Assembly: GCA_963803705.1 (NCBI GenBank)
Contig: CAWDNU010000001.1
Coordinates: 384,001-448,000, forward strand
Reading direction: 5' to 3'
Origin: an uncultured Pseudobdellovibrionaceae bacterium
GTDB taxonomy: Bacteria > Bdellovibrionota > Bdellovibrionia > Bdellovibrionales > UBA1609
DNA: 64,000 nt
Shown: in pieces, positions 22,336 to 32,479 of the stretch
Layout: every line of letters starts with the position of its first letter
How positions within the stretch are numbered: position 1 is the first letter of the stretch
The notes under the pieces: model-generated
What the model was told of the DNA's origin: nothing
The model's input: the letters and a program-made list of their open reading frames with translations, nothing else
The model's database searches: none
Translations under genes and position numbers: made by a program

Positions 22336-23037
22336 TCATTTAACGAATTTGTAGATAAAACTGGCGCCACCAAGAATTTTTCTATGCTCAGCAGATTTGA
22401 ACTTTGCTGAAGCTAGCACGTTTGTGACAAGTATTGGTCCAGAAGGAAACTTTGAAGAGGATTTACTTAAATATTGATAAGCAGACCTTTTTCCAGAAAT
22501 CAGACCGCCAAGCGTGGGCATCAAATATTTTGAGTAAAAGCCAATTAATGGACTTAAAATTCCAGCGTCTTCAGAGCCAGTTTCAAGCATCATCAGTCGT
22601 CCACCGGGTTTTAAAACACGGTACATTTCTTGGATAGCTAATTTAAAATTTTCGACGTTTCTGATTCCATATGAAATACTTAGAATATCAAAACTTGAGT
22701 CATCAAAGTTTAAATCACAAGCGTCGCCCCACTTGAACTCAACGTCGATATTCTTAGCTAATGCTTTCTTTCGGGCTTCAACTAACATCGGCTCACAGAA
22801 ATCTACGCCCAAAACAGAAACTTTTTGATTGGTGTACTCCAGAAAATCAAAAACTAAATCGCCCGTGCCCGTGGCGATATCTAACACTAAGTCAGTAGGC
22901 TTGACCTCGCTCCAGCGCACAAGTTTTTTTCGCCAAGATCTAGCCATTCCAAAGGTGATAGCATCGTTGGCAGAATCATAACTTGTTGAAATCTCAGAAA
23001 ATAAGTTTTGTATTTTGTTGGATTCAGGCCCTTTCAT
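22336..23037 (-). CDS. menG: Demethylmenaquinone methyltransferase (UbiE/MenG)
   Basis: YD.AND.ITFG, VLDIATGTGD, YGIRNV, RVLKPGG; next to the men cluster. Confidence 0.92.
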   Translation of the reverse strand: MKGPESNKIQNLFSEISTSYDSANDAITFGMARSWRKKLVRWSEVKPTDLVLDIATGTGDLVFDFLEYTNQKVSVLGVDFCEPMLVEARKKALAKNIDVEFKWGDACDLNFDDSSFDILSISYGIRNVENFKLAIQEMYRVLKPGGRLMMLETGSEDAGILSPLIGFYSKYLMPTLGGLISGKRSAYQYLSKSSSKFPSGPILVTNVLASAKFKSAEHRKILGGASFIYKFVK

Positions 23038-23143
23038 GCACGTCCTTTTAGATTTATAGAATTAGGCAGTTAAAAATATTGATTTCTATTTGGTAAGTAT
23101 TGATTTACGGCACTCTTTTTAAAAATTACATTTCACTAATTCA

Positions 23144-23956
23144 TTAACCGTCTTTCAAAAATTGACTGAGCTTGGTGCATTTATCAAGAACGATTTTAAA
23201 CTGCTTTAAATCTAAAGCTTGGTCTTTATCTGATAGTGCTTCACTGGGATTGTTATGGACCTCAATGATCAGACCATTTGCTCCAGCGGCTATTGAAGCT
23301 AATGCTGCTTGCTCAACCAGGTCAGAACGTCCTGTGCCATGGGAAGGGTCTGATACGATCGGATACTTACAAAAATTGTTTGCGTATGCGATAGCATTAA
23401 CATCTAAAGTATTTCGTGTTTTGGTTTCAAAAGTGCGAATGCCACGTTCGCACATGATCACTGAACTGTTACCGCCTTTTTCTAAATATTCAGAGGCGTG
23501 GATCCACTCGTCAATAGTGGCGGAAAAGGCTCTTTTCAACAAAACTGGAAGTTTTTGCTGCCCAAGTTCTTTTAGCAGATCATAGTTGTACATATTTCGT
23601 GCTCCAACTTGAAAACAATCCACCACTTCAGACATCTCTTCAATTTGACGTGGATCAGTAACTTCGCTGATAAATCCCATCTTAAGATGCTTTTTAACTT
23701 CTACAGCCCATGGATATGCCACTTTGCCATGTCCTTGAAATGTATCTGGCCGAGTTCTTAGTTTATATAAACCACCTCGAAGCGTTTTTATGCCCAAGGC
23801 TTGCAACTGTTCGGCGATATTAAAGAATTGCTCTTTTGATTCGATTGAACATGGCCCTGCAATCACATTGAAATCATTGGTAAAATTAGCATTTAGGACT
23901 TTTACTAAAGTTTTATCGACTGTGGGGTATGTTTTGGTAGTGGTGTCAGCGTTCAT
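23144..23956 (-). CDS. aroF: DAHP synthase, class I-beta, without regulatory domain
   Basis: IAGPCSIES, RGG.YK.RT, QVGARNM, ERGIRTF, DPSHGTG motifs. Confidence 0.9.
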   Translation of the reverse strand: MNADTTTKTYPTVDKTLVKVLNANFTNDFNVIAGPCSIESKEQFFNIAEQLQALGIKTLRGGLYKLRTRPDTFQGHGKVAYPWAVEVKKHLKMGFISEVTDPRQIEEMSEVVDCFQVGARNMYNYDLLKELGQQKLPVLLKRAFSATIDEWIHASEYLEKGGNSSVIMCERGIRTFETKTRNTLDVNAIAYANNFCKYPIVSDPSHGTGRSDLVEQAALASIAAGANGLIIEVHNNPSEALSDKDQALDLKQFKIVLDKCTKLSQFLKDG

Positions 23957-24119
23957 TTTTATCCTTATCGAGCTATGTGAAGTTAGCTACTATTTCGTCG
24001 ATTGTCTGCATAAATTCTTGGATTTGGGTTTCATTTTCATGTTTAGCGTTTAATTTCCATTAAATTCCTATATAACTAAAACCTAAGAAATAATTCAAAA
24101 GTTTTGGGCGGCAACTAAC

Positions 24120-25124
24120 ATGGAAAATTTTTTGAAAAATGGCGCGGTTATTTCTTTAAGTGATCAAAAAACTTTTTTTGCCTCCGAGTTTGTTGTTGAT
24201 GAAGATTTGACCGTTCCCTATTTTTTAGCGCCTAAGTTCGACTTGAAAAATTTGAATTTAGCTCACCATCCAAAGTTTCTTACCCCTGAGATACCTTTGT
24301 CAGTGCTTGAGGCCGCTGAGAACACGGAATTTATATCTTTTGATTGGGTCGGACAGTGGGCTGAATATAAATCAAGCTACGATATAACATTAAGTGAACT
24401 TAAGGCCGGCAATCTTAAGAAAGCTGTACCTTTTGTGGAATTTCAAACAAAGAAACCCAAAGATTTTAATCAAAATTTCTTACCGCAAATTTTGAATAAA
24501 CTATTGAAAGGGCAGAGCATGGACCAGTTCGTTTATGGGCATTGGTCCGATGAAAGTGGTTTTGTTGGGTTAACTCCAGAAATTTTACTGCAGAAGAAAA
24601 CTAAACATAAATACTGCACTATTGCCCTCGCAGGGACTTTACCATCTACCGACCTTACAAATATGTTGGACGATGAAAAACTTTTCCAAGAGCATCAGTT
24701 CGTAGTTAGAAGTATTTCAGAAAGTTTAAGAGATCAAAATTTAACTTGGAGCCTACCTTCAGAGAAGAACTACGGCATTTTAAAGCACCTCTATGCTGAG
24801 GCTAAATTCGAATCTGGTCTTACAATACAACAGCTTGTTTCTCGACTTTCACCTACATCAGCAGTAGGTGTTTACCCCTCTGAATTATGGCCTAGCCAAG
24901 ATCAAATACTTAGAAGTGAACTGCGAGGATCTTTCGGAGCCCCATTTGGATTTGTGACCTTAGATGAAGCCCAAATTTTAATCTGTTTGAGAGGCTTATT
25001 TTGGGATAAAACTTATTTACGCGTGTTCGTTGGCGGCGGTATTACAGCTAAAAGTGATTTCAATACTGAAGTGCAAGAATTAGAGCTAAAGTTCAAAAGC
25101 ACTAAACTAAAACTAGGTTTCTAA
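24120..25124 (+). CDS. menF: Isochorismate synthase (chorismate-binding MST family)
   Basis: TPE.L, ALAGT, EHQFVV, LKHL, PTSAV, GGGIT..S..E..E motifs; first gene of the men operon. Confidence 0.8.
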   Translation: MENFLKNGAVISLSDQKTFFASEFVVDEDLTVPYFLAPKFDLKNLNLAHHPKFLTPEIPLSVLEAAENTEFISFDWVGQWAEYKSSYDITLSELKAGNLKKAVPFVEFQTKKPKDFNQNFLPQILNKLLKGQSMDQFVYGHWSDESGFVGLTPEILLQKKTKHKYCTIALAGTLPSTDLTNMLDDEKLFQEHQFVVRSISESLRDQNLTWSLPSEKNYGILKHLYAEAKFESGLTIQQLVSRLSPTSAVGVYPSELWPSQDQILRSELRGSFGAPFGFVTLDEAQILICLRGLFWDKTYLRVFVGGGITAKSDFNTEVQELELKFKSTKLKLGF

Positions 25125-25126
25125 TT

Positions 25127-26680
25127 ATGACAAATGTTTTTAGAGCGAAAAAACTTCTACAAAAGCTTATTGCTTTGGGAGTTAAAGATTACGTAATATG
25201 TCCAGGGGGCAGAAATGCTCCCTTCGTCAAGGCCTTGGGCTCGTATAAAGGCGATGCGATTAAAGTGCATTGGGGCTTTGAAGAACGATCAGCCTCATTT
25301 TTTGCATTGGGTTTGTCCTTAAAAAATAACGACCCTGTTGCTATCTTTACCACTTCGGGCACTGCATTCGTAGAGACATCCTCTGCGCTCTTAGAGGCCC
25401 ACTATTCAGGACAGCCCTTGATAGTGATTAGTTCGGACAGACCCAAACGGCTGTGGGGGACTGGGGCTCCTCAAACCATGGTTCAGAAGGATTTTCTAAA
25501 GTCTCACTTAGGACCAAGCGTTGACGAATCTTTCGATTACAGTTCTGTTAGCTATCCTCTGCATATCAACTGTGTTTTTGATGAGCCACTAATAGATGAA
25601 GTTTCTGGAGATTGGACTTCGGCACTAAAAGTTGAAAATTTTGAAAGTAAAAATGCCCTCAATTTAAATACTTACAAATTTGAGTTTGCAAATTATGAAT
25701 TTGAAAAAATTAAAAATCTAATCAAGTATGATAAAAAGAAAAAAGTAAAAGTGCTGTGTTTACTTAGTGGCCTTAATAAAAGCTTCAAAAATTCAATTTC
25801 AAACAATATTTCTAATATTCCTGTTGATTTTTATTTTGAATCTACGGGGGAAATACAATCTCATAGTAGCCAGCTTAATTCTGTATTCTTGAAAGACACT
25901 GACGTTCTAGAAACTTACGATCTTATAGTTCGGGTAGGAGCAATTCCAATTCATAGAATTTGGAGAGACATTGAAACCAGAGAGTTTAAAAAAGTAATTC
26001 ATTTTTCAAGGCTTCCCCTGCCTGGCCTTGCCCATGGGGAGGTTTTTAGTTTAGCAAATTTTCATCTTTTTTTGAAAGACCTCATGAGTTTAAATTTAGA
26101 AAAAAATTTTAATAACGCTATGAGAAACTGTGGTTCAATCAGCCAAGAGCAAAAATTTTATGCTCTGCTTAAAGAGAAGTGCTCAACCTTGAGTAAAAAA
26201 ATTGATAGCGCCAACCAAGAGTCGAATCCTGTTTTTTACCTTGGAAATAGCACGCCTGTAAGGTTCTGGGATCTAGATAAAACTATTAAGTTTGATGAGG
26301 TTTACGCATCTAGAGGTTTAAATGGAATTGATGGCCAATTGTCTACTGCAATTGGTTTGTCATTGAAGTCAGAAAATCAGAAGACTATTGCAATTTTAGG
26401 TGACTTAACTACGCTATATGACCTAGCAGCCCCATGGTATTGGGCTAAATTATATGCAAAGTTAAATTTAACCCTGATAATCGTAAACAACTCGGGTGGG
26501 CAAATTTTTACTGAAATTTTTGGCGATAAAAATTTTTTAAATTCTCATAATCTAAAATTCGTCAATTGGGCCAAAATGTGGAACTTAAGTTATTCGAAAA
26601 TTCATTCAATCGAAGAACTCAGTAAAGATTTTGATAGTTGGCCAGATGTAGTGGAGCTGGAAATACATGGACCATATTAG
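25127..26680 (+). CDS. menD: SEPHCHC synthase
   Basis: CPGGRNAP, EERSASFFALG, TTSGTA, RGLNGIDG, GDLT..YD, NNSGGQIF. Confidence 0.92.
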   Translation: MTNVFRAKKLLQKLIALGVKDYVICPGGRNAPFVKALGSYKGDAIKVHWGFEERSASFFALGLSLKNNDPVAIFTTSGTAFVETSSALLEAHYSGQPLIVISSDRPKRLWGTGAPQTMVQKDFLKSHLGPSVDESFDYSSVSYPLHINCVFDEPLIDEVSGDWTSALKVENFESKNALNLNTYKFEFANYEFEKIKNLIKYDKKKKVKVLCLLSGLNKSFKNSISNNISNIPVDFYFESTGEIQSHSSQLNSVFLKDTDVLETYDLIVRVGAIPIHRIWRDIETREFKKVIHFSRLPLPGLAHGEVFSLANFHLFLKDLMSLNLEKNFNNAMRNCGSISQEQKFYALLKEKCSTLSKKIDSANQESNPVFYLGNSTPVRFWDLDKTIKFDEVYASRGLNGIDGQLSTAIGLSLKSENQKTIAILGDLTTLYDLAAPWYWAKLYAKLNLTLIIVNNSGGQIFTEIFGDKNFLNSHNLKFVNWAKMWNLSYSKIHSIEELSKDFDSWPDVVELEIHGPY

Positions 26681-27428
26681 AACACACGCGATCGCACTGC
26701 ATGGCTTTTTGGGATCAAAAGAAGACTTTTCTTTTTTGAGCACTAAGATTCCAACGTTTTTTGTTGATCTGGCTCCTGCAATTTTCAAAGAAAACCAATT
26801 TGAGTCCTTTGATCAGATGAAAGCTCGAGTCTTGAAAGATATCGAAACAGAAATTAGACGATTGCGCGGCTCCACAGAAGAAATTGTAATTTTTAGTTAT
26901 TCAATGGGAAGTAAATTCGTCTTTTCAATAATAAAAAGTATCTTGAATCTGAACTCTGAAGCTAATTTGAAATTTGTTTTTATATCCACCCATTTTGGGA
27001 TTTACGAAACAGAGATTGAAAAAAAAACAGAATTAAAATTTAGAGACGACATGAATACAACATTTTTAACACTTTTAGAAAGCCTTTCAAAAAAGCAATT
27101 TTTAGAGAAATGGTCCATGCTTCCTCTTTTTTCAAACGATCAAAGGCTTGAATCAAACTGGTCGCTTGAGCAAATCAGTCATTATTTTAAATTTATTAAT
27201 AAAAGCCAATTGCTAAACGATTTAGTTGAAATTTTAAAACAGTTAAATGCTCTTGTGGTATATGGGTCTGATGACTTAAAATATAAAACCCAAGCACTAA
27301 GTTTAAAAACTAAATTAGGTCCACTTTGTCAGGTAAAATTTATGGAAATTGCTGGTCGAAGTCACAGGCTGTTAGAAAACTCTGACCTTAATCAAATTTT
27401 AGGCTCTCAGTTTTTCTCAAGTAAATAA
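26667..27428 (+). CDS. menH: SHCHC synthase (alpha/beta hydrolase), divergent
   Basis: LHGFLG, YSMG, PLF, YG..D.KY; lies directly after menD. Confidence 0.75.
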   Translation: MDHIRTHAIALHGFLGSKEDFSFLSTKIPTFFVDLAPAIFKENQFESFDQMKARVLKDIETEIRRLRGSTEEIVIFSYSMGSKFVFSIIKSILNLNSEANLKFVFISTHFGIYETEIEKKTELKFRDDMNTTFLTLLESLSKKQFLEKWSMLPLFSNDQRLESNWSLEQISHYFKFINKSQLLNDLVEILKQLNALVVYGSDDLKYKTQALSLKTKLGPLCQVKFMEIAGRSHRLLENSDLNQILGSQFFSSK

Positions 27429-27439
27429 GGATTAGTAAA

Positions 27440-28327
27440 GTGAATTTAAAAACGCTAGTACTGGCATCTAGGCCTCAGACTCTAACCGCTATTTTAGGTC
27501 CCATTCTGGTAGCAAATTTTTTAGCTTTGAAACTGTCTCCAGAAACCTATGAATTTATATACCTATTTCCTATTTTAATTGCGGGGCTTGCCATACAGAT
27601 AGCAACAAATCTTTTCAACGATTACATAGATGCTTCCAGAGACGGTGATAAGCAGGATAGGTTAGGGCCCATAAGAGTAACATCCTCTGCAATGGTTGAC
27701 GCTGCCACAGTAAGACGTTGGGCAATTTGCTTTTGCGCTCTGGCACTTTTAGCTGGACTACCCATAGTGCTAAAAACTGGATGGTTGTTTGTGATGCTTG
27801 GCCTTACCAGCATCTTACTGTCTTATCTATACACTGCCACTCGCTTCTCGCTTGCATATACTGGAATTGCAGACTTCTTTGTAATATTCTTTTTTGGTGG
27901 ATTCGCGGTTTGGGGAAGTTATTATACATTAACATTAAGATTTGATATCTTCCCTTTTTTGCTTGGACTTCAGTTAGGATGTTTATGTGATATTCTATTG
28001 ATGGTTAATAATTTAAGGGACGAAAAACAAGATATTTTAAACCATAAAAAGACTATTATTGTAAGATTCGGACGAGCCGTGGGGATCGCAAGTTATTTTA
28101 TATTAATATTCGCTGGGTTTTTAGGTACTTTTTTTTGGCCTGCTAAAATTTACGATCTAGGATTTTTAATTATTGCAGCACCTTGGTTTCTAATTAATAT
28201 ATATTTATGGAACTGGGTCAGACGCCACGATCCAAGTCAGGATTATAATAAAATTTTAAAATACGCGAGCTTAACTTACTTTGGATTTTGTCTTTCAATT
28301 TGTGCAGGGCTCTTGCTTAATATTTAA
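27440..28327 (+). CDS. menA: 1,4-dihydroxy-2-naphthoate polyprenyltransferase
   Basis: RPQTL, NLFNDY.D, R.GP.R, NNLRD...D; multiple TM helices. Confidence 0.93.
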   Translation: MNLKTLVLASRPQTLTAILGPILVANFLALKLSPETYEFIYLFPILIAGLAIQIATNLFNDYIDASRDGDKQDRLGPIRVTSSAMVDAATVRRWAICFCALALLAGLPIVLKTGWLFVMLGLTSILLSYLYTATRFSLAYTGIADFFVIFFFGGFAVWGSYYTLTLRFDIFPFLLGLQLGCLCDILLMVNNLRDEKQDILNHKKTIIVRFGRAVGIASYFILIFAGFLGTFFWPAKIYDLGFLIIAAPWFLINIYLWNWVRRHDPSQDYNKILKYASLTYFGFCLSICAGLLLNI

Positions 28328-28373
28328 GTGATAGCTTTAAGTCTTTAACCTTAGACCGGAGAAACTTTTAACA

Positions 28374-29408
28374 TTGAATCCCTTATTTTATAAAATCTTT
28401 AAACTGTCACCGAGTTCTGCAATTAATTCTCGTCACGGAATTGAAAAAGAAGTTCAACCTATCGAGGGCATGATATTTAAGTTAAAATATGGATTTTTTG
28501 ATTTGTACACTAGTATGACTCTTCACCAAGCATTAGGTGATTCTGATATCGAGCAATTTATAGAAAATATTAAAACTAGTTTACCCCGGGTGATTCAATT
28601 GAATATGAAGGAAGAGTACAAATTAAAAAAAAATTGCAAATCCTTTAGAAGTATTTTAGATGAAAATTTGAAAACTCATGCCACAATTCAAAAACAATCA
28701 TCCGCTAAAGTAGATCTAGAGGTAGCGGCTAAATTTTACGAAAAAGGTTTCAAAAGAATAAAATTTAAAACTGATATAAGTTTTTTTAATAACCACACAG
28801 AATATTTAAATTTATTGACTAAAAATAAAGATTTAGAAATAATTTTTGATTTCAACAGCAGTGCTACTGCTCAAGATTTTGAAGGGATGAATTGGCCTTC
28901 AGAAATCATAGAGCGGTCATACTGGGAGGACCCAATCAGCCTTGATTCTGCAGCGGGTTTGCTGCAGCTTAAAAATTTAGGTTACAAATTAATTCTGGAT
29001 CAAAAAAACATGGCCAATTATCAAGAATTAAAGCCACTGATACCTTTGTTCGATATTGTAGCGGTCAAGCCAACAAAAGAATCAGTTATTGAGATCTCTA
29101 AGGTTTTTCCAAAAACAAAGCTTATGATAACTACCAATATGGGCGATGAATTAGATCACGTAATATCTGCATATTGGGCGAATTATGTTTACAAAAATTT
29201 TAGTGCGCGATTCTTTGGTGCTGGTTTGTATACTAGACATTTTTTTACAGATTCGTCTTTGGACTATTCCGCCTATGACAAAGAATCGGAACCAATGGTG
29301 AAGGCATCTTTTGCAGTATCCACCGACACGGCCTTTGGTTGGGGTTTGGACGATCAACTTTCGAAGCTTGAATGGACTTTTCTTAAGGATACGGATTTTG
29401 AATTTTGA
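28374..29408 (+). CDS. menC: o-Succinylbenzoate synthase (enolase superfamily), divergent
   Basis: KxK (IKFK), DFN, EDP, LD and VKP motifs; operon position. Confidence 0.75.
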   Translation: MNPLFYKIFKLSPSSAINSRHGIEKEVQPIEGMIFKLKYGFFDLYTSMTLHQALGDSDIEQFIENIKTSLPRVIQLNMKEEYKLKKNCKSFRSILDENLKTHATIQKQSSAKVDLEVAAKFYEKGFKRIKFKTDISFFNNHTEYLNLLTKNKDLEIIFDFNSSATAQDFEGMNWPSEIIERSYWEDPISLDSAAGLLQLKNLGYKLILDQKNMANYQELKPLIPLFDIVAVKPTKESVIEISKVFPKTKLMITTNMGDELDHVISAYWANYVYKNFSARFFGAGLYTRHFFTDSSLDYSAYDKESEPMVKASFAVSTDTAFGWGLDDQLSKLEWTFLKDTDFEF

Positions 29409-30597
29409 TGATTTTAAAAATAGTTTTCTAAAAAATATATACCATTTGGAAAATGAGATATTTTGTATTTTTGATGTCAGTGAATTTGATGCTAAGAGTA
29501 TTTCTCAATTATGTAAAAGGGCCTCTGAACTTGTAGGGGAGGGATTTATTTTTCAAACCTCTGGAACGACTGGGGTAAGGAAGTTTGTGCTCCATGATTT
29601 TGATTCCATTTTCTGTTCAGGATTAAATATTAATAGATGGTCAAATGTAAACTCTAAGGATATTTTTATTTCTCCTATTTCCCTATTTCACATGGGCGGC
29701 TTCAGTGTATTGGCTAGAGCAATTATAGCTAATGCAGACGAGGCTACTATTTTAGATAGCTGGAGTCTAAGTGAATTTATAAGACTTATTGAAGAATCCT
29801 CTGCGACTACGACTTCACTTGTTCCTTCGTTGATTTATCAGATAGTGCAATCAAAACAAATTTGTCCAAAAACTTTAAAAGTAGTTTACGTGGGTGGTGC
29901 ACCTTTAAGTTTGGAACTATACGAATCTGCTTTAAAGCTCAAATGGCCATTGGTTAGGACTTTTGGATCTTCTGAAGCTTGTTCTCAAATTTTCACCCAG
30001 TACGATGTGTTAGACAATAAATTATATTTGTTGCCCCATTGGGAGGTGAAAACTGATAGCGAAGACTATCTACTAATAAAAGGTCTAGCACTATTTAAGG
30101 GTTATCTGACTTTAGCCGATTCAGCTGTTAGTTATAGCCCAGTCTGTTTGGATAGTGCTGGGTTCTTCAAAACTGAAGATCGTATTAAGCTTAAGCCCAC
30201 CGCAGGTGAGGATGAGCAACTCGACTACAGCATCACCGATCAAGCAGTGGTTAAACGACGCCCACCTTTTTCCATCCAAACTTTTTTGGGCCGAGCCAAT
30301 GACCTTATTAAAGTAAATGCAAGTTTAGTTAACTTAAGTGAGCTTAGGTCAGAATTCCACGACTTCTGCCTAGTAGATCAGATAAGTCCTGAGCACAATT
30401 TTATTTCAGCGCAGAAAGATTTGAAAGGTGGATATCGGCTAGTTGTAAATTCAGACCAGGTTTCCAATCTCTTAGCTTCCAAAATCAGATTATGGAATAA
30501 AGACAGGCCGTCAGAAAAAAGGATAAGTGGAATTTATTTTATTGATGAAATATCAAAGACTGAACTTGGAAAAGTTAAGTATAGCAATTTATTTTGA
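29398..30597 (+). CDS. menE: o-Succinylbenzoate-CoA ligase
   Basis: TSGTTG AMP-binding loop, FHMGG, VGGAP, TFGSSE, LGR, GKV; likely TTG start at 29398. Confidence 0.85.
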   Translation: MNFDDFKNSFLKNIYHLENEIFCIFDVSEFDAKSISQLCKRASELVGEGFIFQTSGTTGVRKFVLHDFDSIFCSGLNINRWSNVNSKDIFISPISLFHMGGFSVLARAIIANADEATILDSWSLSEFIRLIEESSATTTSLVPSLIYQIVQSKQICPKTLKVVYVGGAPLSLELYESALKLKWPLVRTFGSSEACSQIFTQYDVLDNKLYLLPHWEVKTDSEDYLLIKGLALFKGYLTLADSAVSYSPVCLDSAGFFKTEDRIKLKPTAGEDEQLDYSITDQAVVKRRPPFSIQTFLGRANDLIKVNASLVNLSELRSEFHDFCLVDQISPEHNFISAQKDLKGGYRLVVNSDQVSNLLASKIRLWNKDRPSEKRISGIYFIDEISKTELGKVKYSNLF

Positions 30598-30623
30598 AAA
30601 CCAGATCAAGCGTTAAAAATTGA

Positions 30624-31772
30624 TTAAGCGGCTTTAGGCATAACAACGTTTCTACCAGCCTGCTTTGCAAAAAATAGATTTTCTGCAGCATCCTTCAAAC
30701 CCTTTTCTATAGAGTTGTTTTCGTTACTCAGTTTTACTTCAGTTGCGCCAACGCTAATAGTAATATTTAGACTTTTAGATTCTCCATTTCCCATGTTTTC
30801 TGCAGCCACTATTCCTCGTAACCTGTCCGCTAAAAGAACAGCCTGAGAAATATTAGTCTCAGGTAATAGCACAGCGAACTCACCGCCGCTTATTCGTCCT
30901 ACAAAGTCTATATTTCTTACGTTGTTGCTCAGGCATTTCGCAAACGAAACAAGCATTTTATCTCCGTTATTGTGACCTTGTTTGTCATTAAAGCTTTTGA
31001 AATGATCGATATCAATCAGCAGTAAAGATAGCGGACGGCTATAACGGCGTGACCTAAACACTTCAATTTCACCATTTTGAATAAACTTTTTCCTGTTTAA
31101 AAGTTTGGTCAACATGTCTACGTGCTGTGCTTCAGCAAGCAAGCTTTCAGAGCTGCTAAGATTTTTCAAGGTAGGTTTTAAAATGCCAAAGGTATAGATA
31201 CCAATGATCAACAGAAGTGAGAAACCAAGAAGTAACTGAGTTACAACAAGTAAGGATCTGCTTTTTTTTAAATTCTTTTGATACTCAATTTCTAGTAGGT
31301 CGAAAGACTCTAAAAGTTTCAAGTTTGATTGAGCTATAACTTTGTTGAAGTAAACTCTTGATTTTCTTGATCTCAACGAAGTTTTTAAGAATTTATCTAC
31401 GCTTTCCAAATATATTTCAATTTGGTTATTAAATGAAACGCCAGTTCCATGGTAAATACTTTTTAGATTTGATTTAGGAATTACAGAGGTATTATAGACC
31501 CCCAACAGTGCTTCGTTATTCTCTTTGAACTCTTGAATTGTCACTTTCAGATCCTCAAGCACAGATTTGTTTCTCATCATATATTGGGATGATAGGCTAG
31601 AGATGCGTTGAGTTAACATATTTTGTTTATCTATTTTTTGGATTGCTGAATTCACTTTAGACTGATGGTCTAGATATTTGTATGTGATTGAGCCGGAAAT
31701 TAAAAGAAGACCAAATACTATAACAAAAGACCCATAATAGTTTTTGGTCAAAAAGGAAATAAAACTCTTCAT
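30624..31772 (-). CDS. Membrane GGDEF-domain protein with PilJ/NarX-like periplasmic domain; degenerate SGGEF active site
   Basis: Two TMs, QNMLTQRI helix, DMLTKLLNR, DIDHFK..ND, RNID I-site, GRISGGEF, SVG, K.AGRN. Confidence 0.88.
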   Translation of the reverse strand: MKSFISFLTKNYYGSFVIVFGLLLISGSITYKYLDHQSKVNSAIQKIDKQNMLTQRISSLSSQYMMRNKSVLEDLKVTIQEFKENNEALLGVYNTSVIPKSNLKSIYHGTGVSFNNQIEIYLESVDKFLKTSLRSRKSRVYFNKVIAQSNLKLLESFDLLEIEYQKNLKKSRSLLVVTQLLLGFSLLLIIGIYTFGILKPTLKNLSSSESLLAEAQHVDMLTKLLNRKKFIQNGEIEVFRSRRYSRPLSLLLIDIDHFKSFNDKQGHNNGDKMLVSFAKCLSNNVRNIDFVGRISGGEFAVLLPETNISQAVLLADRLRGIVAAENMGNGESKSLNITISVGATEVKLSNENNSIEKGLKDAAENLFFAKQAGRNVVMPKAA

Positions 31773-31809
31773 ATTGTTCCCAACTTCTGTAAATTTTGAA
31801 TACTATTCT

Positions 31810-31836
31810 TTTTCGGTCTATTATATTTTTTATTTA
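31810..31836 (-). promoter_or_regulatory. Sigma28 (FliA)-like promoter of the GGDEF gene
   Basis: TAAA-N15-ACCGAAAA versus consensus TAAA-N15-GCCGATAA, 38 bp upstream of the ATG. Confidence 0.5.
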
Positions 31837-31974
31837 ATGGTATTTATTGGGAAATTTTGAATTTTTGCGCAGAATCAAGTTAATTGCTCCTGTTTTAACA
31901 GTTTCTTAAGCTATAACGGTTTTAACTTAAGTGTTTTTGTTAGAATTATGAATGATTGCGTATGTGTTGTGATA

Positions 31975-32361
31975 TCATCCAAATATGGCGCGATATTTTT
32001 CTGGCATTCTAGTTTTTGTCATTGTTTTGCGGTCGACGAAAACTTTAATTGCTTTTACTTCGCAGTGAAGAACCTCGTTTTTTTTGACTAAATAATGGAC
32101 AGTAATTGAGGATTCGGTTGGATTGATAAAGTTGACCTCGAAATTGAAAGACTCGTTGCCCTTGATTGGTTTATAATAGTCGCATTCAATTTTGCGCACT
32201 GGGGCGCCTTGGTCAGACGAAAACCATTCGTCCCAACTTATTCCAATTTTCGGTAATGCTTCTTCTAAAGCCTGATGCACTAACGAGTAAATTGATCCGT
32301 AAAACAATATGCCTACAGGATCACATAGATCGAATGGTATTCTCTTTATGATTTTGACCAT
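31975..32361 (-). CDS. Hotdog-fold acyl-CoA thioesterase (4HBT family), candidate DHNA-CoA hydrolase
   Basis: CDPVGILFY motif, 128 aa, located within the men cluster. Confidence 0.75.
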   Translation of the reverse strand: MVKIIKRIPFDLCDPVGILFYGSIYSLVHQALEEALPKIGISWDEWFSSDQGAPVRKIECDYYKPIKGNESFNFEVNFINPTESSITVHYLVKKNEVLHCEVKAIKVFVDRKTMTKTRMPEKYRAIFG

Positions 32362-32479
32362 GACTCTAAGATGAACTTAAATTATATATGAGGGCATGAC
32401 CCTTGCGTCATTAAGATGCACTACAAAATTTATATCCGGCTAGCGGGCTTTTAAGACCAGTTCAATCGGGAATGGGAAA

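Noticed and set aside
23960..24062. Possible ~28-aa leader peptide upstream of aroF (..LNAKHENETQIQEFMQTIDEIVANFT*)
   Set aside because: Needs an assumed frameshift after the ATG, has no run of aromatic codons and no attenuator hairpin.
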